A stretch of DNA of 62,740 nucleotides, the filler included, from Choristocarpus tenellus KU-1152 (taxonomy: Eukaryota; Protista; Phaeophyceae), in assembly GCA_964200185.2 (NCBI GenBank). It is 9 parts of 9 records of this genome, joined end to end, with 100 filler letters (N's around TTAATTAATTAA, not from the genome) between each part and the next. Parts side by side here need not be neighbours in the genome. Positions count along the whole stretch, not along the records: positions 18,144 to 28,397 come from CAXNAD020003036.1; positions 28,498 to 32,951 come from CAXNAD020014476.1; positions 33,052 to 56,699 come from CAXNAD020000240.1; 6 more parts are not named here. One strand, given 5' to 3'. The notes below the pieces were generated by a model. It was not told where the DNA came from and ran no database searches. It saw nothing but the letters and a program-made list of their open reading frames with translations. Each line of letters starts with the position of its first letter. Positions within the stretch are counted from its first letter, which is position 1. Of this stretch, positions 23,616-36,800 are shown in pieces. Both the position numbers and the translations under genes were made by a program.

Positions 23616-25020
23616 CGGTGCTAGGTATGGGAGTAATGGGATGTGCGAGGTGAAACGATTCTGACTGAGAACAGCTCCGAACGGGACCTGTCTCTCACAC
23701 AACCAAGATTTGTCTACAAACCCCTCAAACATGGCGATATCATGATGACAGTGGTTTTACCATCTTAGAGACTTTAAACTAGTGAAGTACAAGTAATGAG
23801 CATAGTACCCTTATTTGTAACAGGAACATGTTTAGAGCTGTCCATCGATTGAAGTTGCAGCAACTTGCCAATTACAGACGTACCAAGTTCCAGCATTCTT
23901 CTGTGGATAATTTGGTGAGGACGAGGGAGAAGTTCCCCACGACACACTATGTGAGGTCGTAACATAGAGAGTGAGGTCACCTTCAGTATTATTTGTCTGC
24001 AATGCATAAAAAATAAATGCTTGTGTGAAAGCACAATAGAGAGGGCAGCTACATTCATTGCCAAACGCAACAGGCAGAGCAACTGCCTTCCTTGTGTAGC
24101 ACCTAACTTGAGTGTATGCCTCAGTCACATCATATACCATATATGAATAGTGATTTATTGTCAACAATACTCTCTATGCCATCCCACCAATGTGTAAATG
24201 GTAAATGCCTCTCTAAACAACGGTATCCAGCTCATGCCTCTCTAAACACCCACGTAGCTTGGACCTGGAGCTCACTTTCGAATGATAACAACATGGACCC
24301 ACCCCACCATACATCATCTCTGAATATAGGTAACAACAAGGTCCATTCACCCACCACATAACATAGGCACTCCACACATAGAGACACACACACCAACGCA
24401 CTACAGGCTGTAGATAGCCAACTGAGAATAGTATACTTAGATACTACAAAACCTCATTTCACACATGCATACTGCAGCAACTCGCAGCTCAGAAACAAGC
24501 ACAAGGGTAAGGTATTGAGCACACAGAACCTGAAGCCGAAATTGTGCTACCAAGGGCATTGCTTGCTTCCTCCTCCTCGGACACACGTAAATTCAAAGCC
24601 AAACTATTTCAAAGCACGACAGCAGAACTGATTGCTAACAACAGGGCCCCCAACTAACCAACACCGCAAACCAGACAGAACATGTGCCATACCATGTTTA
24701 CTCACACCTCTAGGCAAAATGCAACAAAGGCAAGGTCACCTTTCCTCGTTGTGATGCATTGTGTCCACCAAATGTCTACCGTGAAGTAATATGTGATACA
24801 AGGATTACTCTCGATCACACTATATATACTACCTTACTCTTACACAACCCTATTTCCTCATTGATGCCTCACATAATGTAAGCCCAAACATTTTATGGCA
24901 CATATTGGGAGGTATATTGGGTTCACGATCTCTTCAGCCACCAGCAGCTAGCAAGGAGGCGGTGACTGACCCAGAGTAAAGGAGAATGCAAGAAAAATAC
25001 TTCATGCTTGAGACAGGATC

Positions 25021-25277
25021 GAGTCAAATTATCTTAGAGGGTACAGATGCGTCCATTTGGGGTCAAATCCAATGTTGCGATTTTGATGTAATTTTGGCTA
25101 TTGTGTTTGTTAGGAAGTGTCAGTATCCTTGTTCAGAACAGACCTTTTCATAACGAGTACATTTTACCTACTCCGAAACATTTTGGAGTAGGAAAATGTG
25201 ATAAAAAACCCCATGGGAAGTCAAGCCCCAAAAGAACAAACAGGGCAAACATCGTACCCTCTAAGATACTTTCACTC
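25021..25277. mobile_element. Sola2-like MITE family 1, copy C
   Basis: GAGTCAAATTATCTTAGAGGGTA...TACCCTCTAAGATACTTTCACTC, perfect TSD GATC. Confidence 0.85.
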
Positions 25278-26975
25278 GATCAGTAGGAGTGGAGTACTAA
25301 GGGAACACATCCTCCACATACTGTAACAGGCGGCGTGGATTGCAATGCTACACTTCCTGCCTGTTCAACGGAGCACATACACGCACACACGCACAGACAC
25401 ATACAAGTAGATAATTCAAAGCTCCCCTCCTCTCAAGCACCATTCAGCTCAAAGCAGACCCCTGTTATCGCGACCTTCCACGCCAAAGAGCACCCACTAC
25501 AGGCACACGCCAGTCACTCCAATTGTCAGTGTGACCAAGACAGCTAGGAGGGATGGTAGCCCCTACCAACTGACACAAGAAACAAACAACCTTGTATCAT
25601 CCCATTCAACGAGCTCCCCTTGGAATAGCGTATCATCAAAGGGGTGGGGTTCAGGAAATGCCAACCACATGAAGTTGTCCAGGATACAGCAAGACAGGGA
25701 AGGTGTCGTTGGATTGTAATCCCAAGCCTTATCACCATCCTACAATGCCATGGCTGGGGTCTCATACATCACCAACCAGTTCTCGATGGACTGGCAAAGA
25801 GCGGCCATGGATAACCTCAGGGAAGGGTCCATGTGCTTCCCCTGGAGGAGAATGTCCCTCATCTATGCGAGAAATGGTGCAAATGATGGGGGTATTTAGG
25901 CGTGAGGAATACATGACGCACATGACAATCCCTATGGGTATAGTACCATTTCTTGCAGTAACTCAGTTCAACTCACACATTCTACAATTGTAAGCAATCA
26001 AGCAGTAGATGAGGGACTTCTACAGTTTCTTGGGTAATTTTTGCAACTACCTCTTCTCAAAATATCACACACCATTACGGTTGCCTCTTCCTCAAACCCC
26101 CAATCTTTCGCTTCCTCCTCTGAGAGTACCCCAATATCTAGAGAACCCTACTCTTCAAGCACCGAGTCCTGTCCGTACATCAATAGTGCATGTGGAGTGG
26201 GTGAAGGAAGGTGACAAAGGAATCCAGGTCCGTTTGGGAATGAGATAGATCGGGAAGAGAGGGTGCTGCATATCTTGACAAGGGTTAGCAGCTCAGGCAC
26301 CGGGAGGTTTCAGTTCTAATGCCTTGAATAGACACACACACAATATCGTCCTCCTGTTTCGAAAACATATGGTCTGAAAGCGACAACTTCCATTAACAAG
26401 TACCTATCTGTTCAAGGAGAACATGCTACCCTACCCTGGTACACCACGCCCCCTTGATACTTCCCTCGTCTTTTCATGATCTTGTCATGCACACTATACT
26501 GCTAACTCGGAGCTTTCTTGGTTGTGACTATCTCCCTGTCCTCCTACTCTGAATTTTCTTTAGAGGCTAGTACTATTGATCCACATTCGATCAAGCCATT
26601 ACTACACTGCAATAAGAAAGTGTCTCTATCATCAGAATGGTGTAGTTTAGGCCATGTTCTTGAAAAGGAAAAGTGCAAGTGCTCTGGCAGCGGTCCAGCC
26701 TGCAAGCAAACATGTTTCACACTTGAATCAGACTGCAAACAGCTCCAGTCAATACTCACAAAAATAATGAGCAATGTGGTGTAGGAAATGCAGTGCATAA
26801 GTGGCAAGATATAGCAGTCAGAGGGTGATCACAAAATAGCATTGATGCCACATTGCTATATACAAACTCCAACAAGAGTATGGAGACAGGCATGACATTG
26901 AGGAGTCGTTACATGATACTCTCCTCTGCCACATCCATTTCATGTCACAGATAAGCAGTTGCTTAACCATTTGCT

Positions 26976-27241
26976 GAGTAAAAGTATCTTAGAGGGTACG
27001 AGTTTTGCCCTGTTTGTCCGTTTGGTGCATGGCTTCCCACATTTTTTTTTAATGACATTTTACCTACTCCGAAATGTTTCAGTGTAGGTAAAATGTATAC
27101 CTTATGAAAAGGGCCGTCTAGAACAAGAATATTGACACTTCCTAAAAAACACGATAGTCAAAATTACATCATGATTGCAACATTGGATTTTGGCTCCCCC
27201 CCAAAAAGGACATGGCTCTACCCTCTAAGATAATTTGACTC
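26976..27241. mobile_element. Sola2-like MITE family 1, copy D
   Basis: GAGTAAAAGTATCTTAGAGGGTA...TACCCTCTAAGATAATTTGACTC, TSD TGCT/TGCC. Confidence 0.8.
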
Positions 27242-27278
27242 TGCCCATATTGGCCATTGGATCTTCTCACCTGTAGGT

Positions 27279-28330
27279 CACCCATGGGGCGAATCACCTT
27301 TGATACCGCCTCCAGGACATATACTGCCAGGCTGTAGACATCCTGGGCAGGACTGCTCTCCTCTCCAGACGGCTGGATCGCCTCCATGGGCATATATGCC
27401 ACCGTTCACACTGTGTCCAACTTCTCCCCAGCGTCTTTGGACGGATGGGTTAGACAAGATGGTTGAGAGAAAGAGGGCATGGAACTGACTAAACATATAC
27501 CACAAAACTGGCAATTAAACGACATGCGGGTCTAAGACTAGGCAGGGTCGAAGCAGAATAACGTCAAGTCTCCAATTTTCCTGTTCACAATTAGCAGCAC
27601 AGCAGAGAGCAAATAGAACGACTCATCTGTCCGACCGTAAGATTGGATGCAATCATTGCTGGGAGGAGGCAAGCAACTACAATGCCTTCCACAAACATAA
27701 ACTATCCTGCTACTAGGGGAATGATATCTCACGAGAGGTGCAAGACTATACTATACATGAACCCCCACCTGGACCAAAGTATCTTAGAGGGTAGGGCCAC
27801 GTCCATTTGGGGGCGAAAATCCAATGTTGCGATTTTTGTGTGATTTTTGTGTGATTTTGGCTACTGTGTTTGTCAGGAAGTCGTTTGTATCCTTGTTCCG
27901 GACATGTCCTTTCATAATGTATACACTTTACCTACTCTGACACATTTTGGAGTTGGAAATGAAATTTGAAAAACCCATGGGAAGTCAAGCCCCAAATGGA
28001 CAAACAGGGCAAAACTCATACCCTCTAAGATACTTTCACTCATCTCTACTCTAGGGGATTCCTCAAATCGACTTGTGCTTCTACCACTGACATGCTGTGA
28101 TGCCCAGATCAATGATCTTCGTAATCCCCTTGGGAAAAACCATGTTGCCTGACTTTACATCCCGGTGGATGATGCCATGCAGGTGCAGGTGGGAGAGTCC
28201 CTTTCCAGCCTGGACCAAACACCTATATATATGTGCAATGGGCAACCCAGGTGAAGTGCAAAAAATAGAATCCACAAAAAGTGAGACAATTTATGTACCT
28301 ATTGGCATGCAGGTCGGATGCATAATACCC
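27279..28330 (-). pseudogene. Ser/Thr protein kinase pseudogene fragment
   Basis: QAGKGLSHLHLHGIIHRDVKSGNM..TKIIDLG (subdomains VI-VII), then [TGA]TVAYMPMEA..PAQDVYSLAV (VIII-IX) with an in-frame TGA where Gly is expected. MITE copy E lies between the two blocks. Confidence 0.7.
27771..28041. mobile_element. Sola2-like MITE family 1, copy E
   Basis: GGACCAAAGTATCTTAGAGGGTA...TACCCTCTAAGATACTTTCACTC, TSD ACCT/ATCT. Confidence 0.8.
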
Positions 28331-28397
28331 TCATTGTCAGCCTGATCGAGTTTGACCCAAAGTATCTGGGCGGGGGGTCTACACCAGAGTGTCCATT

Positions 28398-28497
28398 NNN
28401 NNNNNNNNNNNNNNNNNNNNNNNNNNNNNNNNNNNNNNNNNTTAATTAATTAANNNNNNNNNNNNNNNNNNNNNNNNNNNNNNNNNNNNNNNNNNNN
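28398..28497. other. Artificial contig linker
   Basis: N-run, TTAATTAATTAA, N-run. Confidence 0.98.
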
Positions 28498-28614
28498 CCA
28501 CTTCCCTCCCCCTACCCCCTCCTACCCCTCCCCCACTGCCCCCCGACCCCCCCCCCCCTGGTACATTAATATCCTTCATATTTACATGAAGGCTATTAGG
28601 AGGGTAAAAGTACC

Positions 28615-31600
28615 TACCACCTTTGTCCTTAAACTTATCCCTAACCCCCTCGAACCCTAACCCTTTTCTTACTCTATCTCCACCTCTAGAGGAGCTCATC
28701 ACCTCTCTCCATCCCCCATCCTCCATTCCCTCCCCAAATGTGGTCCTAGATTTAGAGTTAGGACTACTCCTAAACCTCCTGGGCACTCTTCCTGTTGCTT
28801 CACCCCATCTTCCTCTGTCCTCACCCTTAGACCTACTCCCATCCCTTGACCACCCCTCCCTCTCCCACTCTAATCCTAAGGTAGCATTTTTTTCAACCAC
28901 GTTGTCTACATCATCGCCCCAGAGCGCCACATAGTCATATCCCTCAGCTCTGTAGTCAAATCTCTCAGAGCTGTTCCCCTCGCCCTTCAAGTATTTTGAC
29001 CAATGATTATCGACCTCTTCTTGCCACCTTTCTGCATATTTCCTTGACCATAGAAAGCGGTCTTGGTGGTCTGATCCACCTTCCCCTTTTCTGCTGCCCT
29101 CATCTCTGCCCTCCCCTTCAGATCGATTTATATTTTTGTCATGGTAAGGGATGGGTTGGGGTTAGAACAAGATCCTGGGAAACATCCAGATAAGTATTGA
29201 CAAACACCTCACAACACCCTATTATAATTATCTCCTCTTCTCACATACCCACCCTAACCCTAACCCAGATCTCTAGCAGAATGACTCCAACAACAGCTTA
29301 TGTCCACAAGCATGTATAGTATGTATGTAGATAGGTGTAGTATACATGTGTAGTAAAGAACAATGCACAACTCCCCCAAAAGATCCCTATTTACCACTTT
29401 CTACTTCTCAAGAGTAAAACCCCAACCCTAACTCCCACAATGATCTTATCCCTAACCCTAATCCTAACTACAGTGCCTTCCATGGGCGGATACATAAAGT
29501 TATCGTCATTGACAGGGTTGTCATCACCTGACATGAAGGTACCATTTGTGCTCCCTTCCAATACTGGCAGCCCTTGTCCTCTCAAGAATTTGGGTTTATG
29601 CTCACCCATGAACTTTACCCAATTGGCTTTCCATTTCCCATTTGGAAATTTCAGTTCGGCTTCCTTCACCAGGGTTTCTAGGGGGAAGCAGGCATTAACA
29701 TCTTGTTGCAGGGCCTGCAAAAAGGAGGTCCGGTATTAGCAAATATTGGTGGTGTTTTGTATTTCTTAGGGTTAGGGTTAGAGTTAGCGTTTGAGGTTTG
29801 GATAAGGCTATTGAACTATTGAACTTAGGGTTTGCATATACAAAAAAAGAACAGACAATTCATCACTCAACACAAATAGTTGAGGGCTCATAATATGTAC
29901 AACATATACACATATAAACATAATATCAACATCGCTAGGAGTAAAGACTTTCCTACCTCCGTATAACCCTAACACTAACCCTAATCCTGATTCCAACCCA
30001 ACACACAACACTGTAGGATAAAATGGGTGATTGTCAAGGACTTTATCGTCACTCCCTCCCGTCCATCCACCCATCCATCCATCCAACTTTAACCCTAGTC
30101 TCCACCCAATACGCCTTAAGCCTGAAACACTAACACCAACACTAACCCTTATCCCTAACCCTTATCCCTAACCCCAAGCCCTAGCCCCAACCCCAACTCA
30201 GCTAACTTAACCTTAACCCTGTACCGATTTGTACCAAAACAAGCAACACTCCTTTACCCCTACCCTAACCCTAGCTCCAACACACTTGAAGAAATTAAAA
30301 ACGTTTTCATTAATCTTATGAAATTTCAGCCACGCCAAGATCACCACAAAAACAAGAACATTAACAAAAAGTAATGTGATGTGATGAGGGGGTAGGACAC
30401 AGGTATGAACAGCAAAGTTTACACTATTGCTAACATAAAAAATGATAACAATGATAATTTAACAATATAGTAATATTCTACCAACAATAGAGGGTCAACT
30501 CACAAGCAACAGCGTGTTGGTCAAGACCCAACACAAGTTAAATACCTGAGGACCAAAGCAATACCACCATATAATGGGACCAGAGGATACAAAAATATAT
30601 ATTTTCTATCTGTTTTACATTCATTCATTCCCTTTGTGAGCCCATCTAGGGCTAGTGTCTGTATCTCACCTCCACACCTTCCTTAAACTTGCAAGGTACA
30701 TAGCATTTATTAGGTTTAGGGTATTATAAATATGTTCTGATCCAACATCGTTCCATTCAACAGTGCAACTCCTTTGTTTGGATTAATTTATGCATTATAT
30801 TTCTTAGAAAAATTCAACAAGAAATAGGGATGCTGACTAGCCCTAACCCAAATACCTGTTATCAGACAACTACAAAAGGAGGGGTTGGATGGTACATGTA
30901 TACCCTAAAACTAACCCTAACCCTAACCCCAAACAATTTTTTTCTGCTGCCAACTAAACACAACATAAATGTTTTTAATGCGGTTATCACTTACCGGCTA
31001 CTGTTTAAAATATCAACGGAAAATTCTTGGAATCGCCATTACAGAAAAATAAAATAGTGGGTGTGTCAATAGATGCAAAGCAGATGATAGTTGTAACAAT
31101 TTCCATGCTAACCCCATTCCATTCTACCTCTACAAGGGTTTGAAGAGGTAGGAACATGACAAAAATTCTATAAAATTCTCACCATCAAAATGTTACGATC
31201 TAATGTTCTTGTAAGAGAGTCCGGGACAAGATAACACTCAAGACTCTCTATGTTATGTTATGTTATGCTATGTTATTACTACGGATAAGAAATATCGAAC
31301 ACTGATATATAGTACCCGTAACACTCTGGACAAAAACAAGTAACACACGTAATGCAGACAAACTCAAGGGGAACAAGAATACATAGTGTTCACAGCAATA
31401 TTTAACAAAAGGTTATAAATGTGAAATGTTCAGGGCTAGGATTTTTTCAGGTCTCCATATGCGTGTCTCCGCAATGAGAACAACACTCTTCTGGAACTGC
31501 ATATTTTATACTATTCTAAAAAATAATTCCAAATACAACATAGTCCAGAAAGTATTCTTATTCCTGTACTACACAATGTACAAGCACTTGACACCACAAC

Positions 31601-31857
31601 ACCACCGTAACAATGAAGAAAATGGATTTCTGATATTTAAAATTAAGCTGAACCAGTGAAAGAAGTGAGTTTGTCCAACCAAATACACCTCACTCAATAT
31701 TAGTAAAACTATATTAACAACACTACACTAATAACAAGATGAAGTGTGAATAACAGAAAACAAGACCATACGTTGTTGCTTCACGATACCTGCATGGCTT
31801 CCTTAGATGCAAATGTCACACCCAAATATTTACTTTCTCCAGCCCTCTTCTTCATCC
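28615..31857 (-). CDS. Exons of an unidentified intron-rich gene
   Basis: Candidate exons ~31857-31790 (MKKRAGESKYLGVTFASKEAMQ|GT), ~29714-29470 (ALQQDVNACFPLETLVKEAELKFPNGKWKANWVKF..) and ~29121-28615 (..DRFLWSRKYAERWQEEVDNHWSKYL..), mostly with AG/GT flanks. No family recognised; the joins are unverified. Confidence 0.4.
29250..30930. repeat. Degenerate interstitial telomere-like (CCCTAA)n tracts
   Basis: Clusters of ACCCTAACCCTAA variants at ~29252, 29425-29470, 29767-29790 (TTAGGG), 29965-29990, 30140-30275, 30902-30930. Confidence 0.65.
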
Positions 31858-32951
31858 TGAGTTGGACAAAAAAGGGTACAGCACAGTATACAATTCAGAC
31901 AAAAGGTTTACGATGGTTCAGTAGTATACAAATCAAGACAAAGGGGGATACATCATATTCATCAAAATACTTGGACTAGAAAAGGTACCTGCATAAAAAA
32001 CTAAACAATGCAATGTGTGTGTCATGTTTAGCAGGTATTTGATCCAGTGCAATCACCAACCCAAACAAAAATAACAATAAGAAAAATAACAATAAGAACA
32101 GTATAAACAAAACATCTCCTATTCCCCAGACACTGCTCCAGGCACTGTTTTATCATTCCAGAAAGGAAGAGTATGGTATGAAATGTTACAGCAACGTCAC
32201 AATAAGGTGTACCTTCACATAGAGCAGCAGTGAATGCAAGAACAAGGTCTCGACACTAACCCTAACACTAACTTGACACAGTAATATTACAGCTTAACAT
32301 TACTATTGTAATGTTGGGAGAATAGAGTAAGCACATTGGAATACAGTAGTGAAATTAAATTATCGCATACTAAATACCTGCATTGACAAGTGTATTTACT
32401 ATGATCAAGTGCTAGTTGAGGGTTAAGGTTAGGGTTAGAGTAACTGACTCTCTCTCTCTCCCACAATTCTAAGAGCATTGATGAAATGAGCTCATACTAT
32501 GTAACTATATCAAGGTCTATCCCGCCTGACCCAGATCAGTGCTTATCCTGTGAGGACAAGGAAGTGTAGTGTACAGTGTGTTGTTACTCTTTTCTATTCG
32601 ACAGTACATAATTTGGACAATAAAGGGTACAATGTATCAATCAGGTCAAACAGATGCAGTAGTTGTAATTCAACTTCAGCAAAAGTGTGCATTACATCAT
32701 TCAGACAAAATAGGGTACAGTAGTACACCATCTCAAGATTGAGGAGTATGCATAACTTGCAGGAGAATATACAGGGCAATGCTATTAGGAGAAAAAAAAT
32801 GGCTCACAAAGTAAATAATAAACACCGATCTCATCCCGATTTTGCTGCCAACAACGTAATCAGAGGTTAGGGTTAGGGTTACAATGTTGCAATACTTTCC
32901 ACCTACAGAATGAGAAATTCAGCACACATCATCAAGGGTCAAAGTATCTTG

Positions 32952-33051
32952 NNNNNNNNNNNNNNNNNNNNNNNNNNNNNNNNNNNNNNNNNNNNTTAAT
33001 TAATTAANNNNNNNNNNNNNNNNNNNNNNNNNNNNNNNNNNNNNNNNNNNN
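32952..33051. other. Artificial contig linker
   Basis: N-run, TTAATTAATTAA, N-run. Confidence 0.98.
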
Positions 33052-33130
33052 GGAGGGAGTACACACCCGCGCCAGGGGGGGGGGTGGGAAGGAAGAGGGG
33101 GTGGAGGGGAGGGGGGGGGAGGGGGAGGGG

Positions 33131-33262
33131 AGTAAGGGGAACGAACGAAAATTGTTGGCTGAAAAGACCCGAGACCTCAAGGGCTTGCTGGAGACCATCA
33201 GCAGTTACAAAGATCGCATTGCCGATCTTCTTGATGACTTGGAGAACGAGGGTGGGGCTTAA
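33131..33262 (+). CDS. Probable 3'-terminal coding segment of an unidentified coiled-coil protein
   Basis: SKGNERKLLAEKTRDLKGLLETISSYKDRIADLLDDLENEGGA-TAA; not in the ORF track because it lacks a start codon. Confidence 0.45.
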   Translation, partial: SKGNERKLLAEKTRDLKGLLETISSYKDRIADLLDDLENEGGA

Positions 33263-33875
33263 TGCCTAACTCTGATCCAAAAAGGTAATCTGGAGTAGAG
33301 CTAAGGTCCTTTTCATTATCCAAGTAGTGGGACAGGAATTACTTGTCTGGTATAGTTTAGATGATACCATGCCTGGACATTAATCTGCGAAGGTGATAGC
33401 AAGGCGACCATGCACCTGATTTGTTTGAAATAAGGATGATAAGCATGCTCTGATGCTCTGCGCTGACTGCTTATTTTTTTGCTCGATGTGTAAATGTACA
33501 CATCCTTTACGCAATAGATGTACAGTTTTTTTTACATACCTGAACTGCCTACCTTGAATTGGATGTTTTTCCTTCAACATTTCCTTCTTCTTTTTTGACA
33601 TTGTTTCAAATGCTATGATTATTGCTGTTATCTTCCTTACAATGGAAAGAGAGGCTCAGTAGCATTATATCACGCCATGCTGACTTGTTTGCTTTGTCAC
33701 CTAGGAATCTTGTGTACTTCCTGGTTAGTCTCCATAGAGTAAAATAGATTACTATTTTATTATTCATAGTATACTGTACCTATTTTAAATACCATATGCA
33801 CTAAAATTATTCAACAGACAGAGACTGATACTATGGCTTTGCATCTCTATCAAACCAACCTCATCTAATCTCATC

Positions 33876-36800
33876 TCATCTCACTGTCAACGAAAAGGCG
33901 CTCTTGTCCTCTGATATGACTGCCCTTCCCCCCCCTCTTACTCCAACTGTGCTTCTCGCCCCAGCACTACCTTTTGTGGTTTTGCTTCCACCTGGGCCCT
34001 TAGCCCTACTGACGTCTGGGGAAAAACTTCCCATCCCAAGTGCACTGAAATTACTGCCAGCCCCTGTGAGAGCAAGGGTATTGTTGCCGTCATCATTTAC
34101 TGCCTCTAGGAAGAGCCAGTATCCACTCTCGATCTCCCCAAGGTCCTGTGGACATGGGCAGGAGGGCATGTGATTACAGTAAACAATGATGAATAGGTAT
34201 ATCCCCACCATAGATAAATTAAAGTTATGTACATCTAAAATATAAGAATAACAATACTCCCAAGTACGTTGTAATACTAGAAGGAGAGATACACATATAT
34301 AGATTGATACATGCATACTCAAAGTGTTTTGTAGTTCTTCATCAACATGGATGAGGACCCTTCCATCAATGATAGTTCTTTACTTTGTGTTTACAGTGAG
34401 TAGCACAATGCTGGAGTGCACATGTATGCTGGAGTATTAATATATATACATAAATATATACACATGAACATAGTTAATGGGGATGCGAATGAACACTCCG
34501 TACAAGTGTAACATAATGTTAGGTTATATAGTATGAACTACCTTTAAAACAGCAAGAGGCTCTTGCACTCAAGCAAAAAGTAGAACAAGAGCAAAAAGAA
34601 ATTACAGCTAAAATAACTATGTCAATGGAAGCTAGGATGGATTTGTTTGTAGAAATATTTGATAAGAAAGATGAGCTTAGTCAATTTACTATCGAGAAAA
34701 TCAAATCTATGGGCTTAAGCGCTGATTATTTAGTTCATCTTTCAATACAAAAGAATCATGAGGAAATATTGATGATTGGAGAGTTTTCAATTTGGAAAAC
34801 AGAAGCAAAGTAGACAGGAGAAGAACTGGGGGACATGCCTCCAAGACGACCTTGACATGTTTGGGATTGAAGGTGAGGGTTGGGATACCAGGACCACGAT
34901 CCAGCAGGAGAGGGAGGAGTGTGTACCTGCTGCCACAACGAGGTTCATGGCCAAATGCCACTCCAAGGAAGGTGTGATACCCAATGCACGTCACACCAAA
35001 GCAGCAAAAAAGGTTGCCCAAGCCACCAACACCACTACCATTTCTTTCACTTTCTGGTGAATGCTGTTTCTTGGCGGGTTGTTTTCTTTTTTTTCTTTTC
35101 TTTCTCTTTGTTTTTTGGGTGGAATTTCTACCTGGGGGTTCTGTTCTTCCTTTTTATTTGTATCACAATTTTATTTTTATTTTTTTTTATCATCATTTTC
35201 TCACCACTTTGTTATTTTTATGGCCCTTGCCTTTCTCGAGTAGTGTGTATAACCTTCTTTGGAGTAGAACCCAAAGAAGTACAGAAAACCGTTACACAAA
35301 AGAAGAAAGAGAAAAAAAAGAGAAAAAAGAGAAGAGGAAACAATGGAAGAAAGAAAACCAACTCAAAAAGAGAGCACCATGAGAAAGCAGCATTCCGCAG
35401 ACAGTGATGATGGTGTGTGTTAGTGACTGTAGCAGTCTTTGGTTTGTCACCTGTCTCAAACAAAGAACTTGAATGCAAGTTTTTTTTCCCATTTTTCACA
35501 TGTAATTACGGAAATAGGGGGGGCAAATAGGTAGGTAGGTAGGTGCTTCTTGCGCACCTCAATTCGTTCCCGTACAAGATTAAGACAGTAGAGACAGCGC
35601 TCTAGGAACTGCATCCGGTCAAGGTGTTTGTCATTCATGTCAGGCAGTCTTGCTCGCATTGTCTGTTTGCACCTGGTCATTGTAGAGAAGTAGAAATTTG
35701 TGCCTAGTTAGTGTTATTGATTGGTTGTTGTTGGAGTGGTTTGGAGTATTTCCACACTGAAAGGTGCCCAAACATGTAGTTTATCACTACATCTAGTCAC
35801 TACATCTAGTAGTTTATCATTGCCATTATAGATGTGCTATGGATAGATACAGATGTGTGTGTGTGTGTGTGTGTATGTCCTGCAGTTGGTGCCCAAACCA
35901 TCTACTCCATACCACTTAAAGATGTGAATTGTCAACTTTGCGCATCATGACTCCGTTGACTTTCCTGTCCCTAGCTCCATCAATGTAAAACGTGTGGAGT
36001 GTCTTGACTCTTGTTGCATGCTACACTGCATTGGCACATTGGCAGGGGGATATTGAACTCCGTAACAGCTTTTCCACTCTCCTCTCCTCATTAATATGAA
36101 CTCCATTTATTTATGTGTATATATATGTATTTATTAGTGAGCATAAATGTACTCATTAACATATATACTACTAATATATACTGGAGTATGTACTTAATAA
36201 CATTCATTAATATGCGGCATCTATATTTTTTTTTATAAGCTCTGAAGAGCCCAGTGTGTTCTCAATCGTTGCATCTATTGCAAAATTGTTCTCAACATAA
36301 CATCCTTCCTCTGTAAGTCACAAAATTGACCAGAGATCACCTCATCACTACCTGATATGCAAGAGTCATGGTGAAAGTACTCATCAATATTTATGTATCA
36401 GCAATTGTCTTGTAGATCTCATTGTAGATTTTTTTTTTAAATGTCTTTGGGGACTGGTTCATCCTAAGGCAACAGTTTTTTCTCTTTTTCCCTGCACCAG
36501 TTCGATTACAGTTAAAGGTAAAGGTAAAGGTAAAGTTCAGTACTAAAGTTTAGTACCAAAGTTCATCGCACCTTAATGACAAAACATGACAAATTGAAAC
36601 ATTTTTATGAGTCTCTGCTTGACACGACAAATTCCGTATCAAAATCTTCATTGCTTGCCTTGAGTAGAGGTTCTTGATGGCCAGCATAACCTGCCCAGAC
36701 TCCCTGCATATCCCCTTCACGCGTTCTCCCTCTTGCTCACTTTCATGTTCCGCACGTTTTACACCTCCCCGTATTTGCTCTAGTTCAATTTGACGTTCGT

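Noticed and set aside
25560-26460. Gypsy reverse transcriptase relic (..EEYMTHMTIPMG..)
   Set aside because: Only faint motif similarity and no YxDD; not supportable without a search.
27406-27408. TGA readthrough, selenocysteine or a variant genetic code in the kinase
   Set aside because: The position expects Gly (GGA to TGA is one substitution), the region is MITE-disrupted, and intact genes here use standard stops including TGA.
31280-31568. Tc1/mariner-like MITE (TACGGATAAGAAAT.. / ..TTCTTATTCCTGTA)
   Set aside because: The inverted repeat is too short and degenerate, with a single copy in the window.
34880-35499. Hydrophobic and Lys-rich ORFs resembling membrane proteins
   Set aside because: Derived from T-rich and A-rich low-complexity intron sequence following the LINE fragment.
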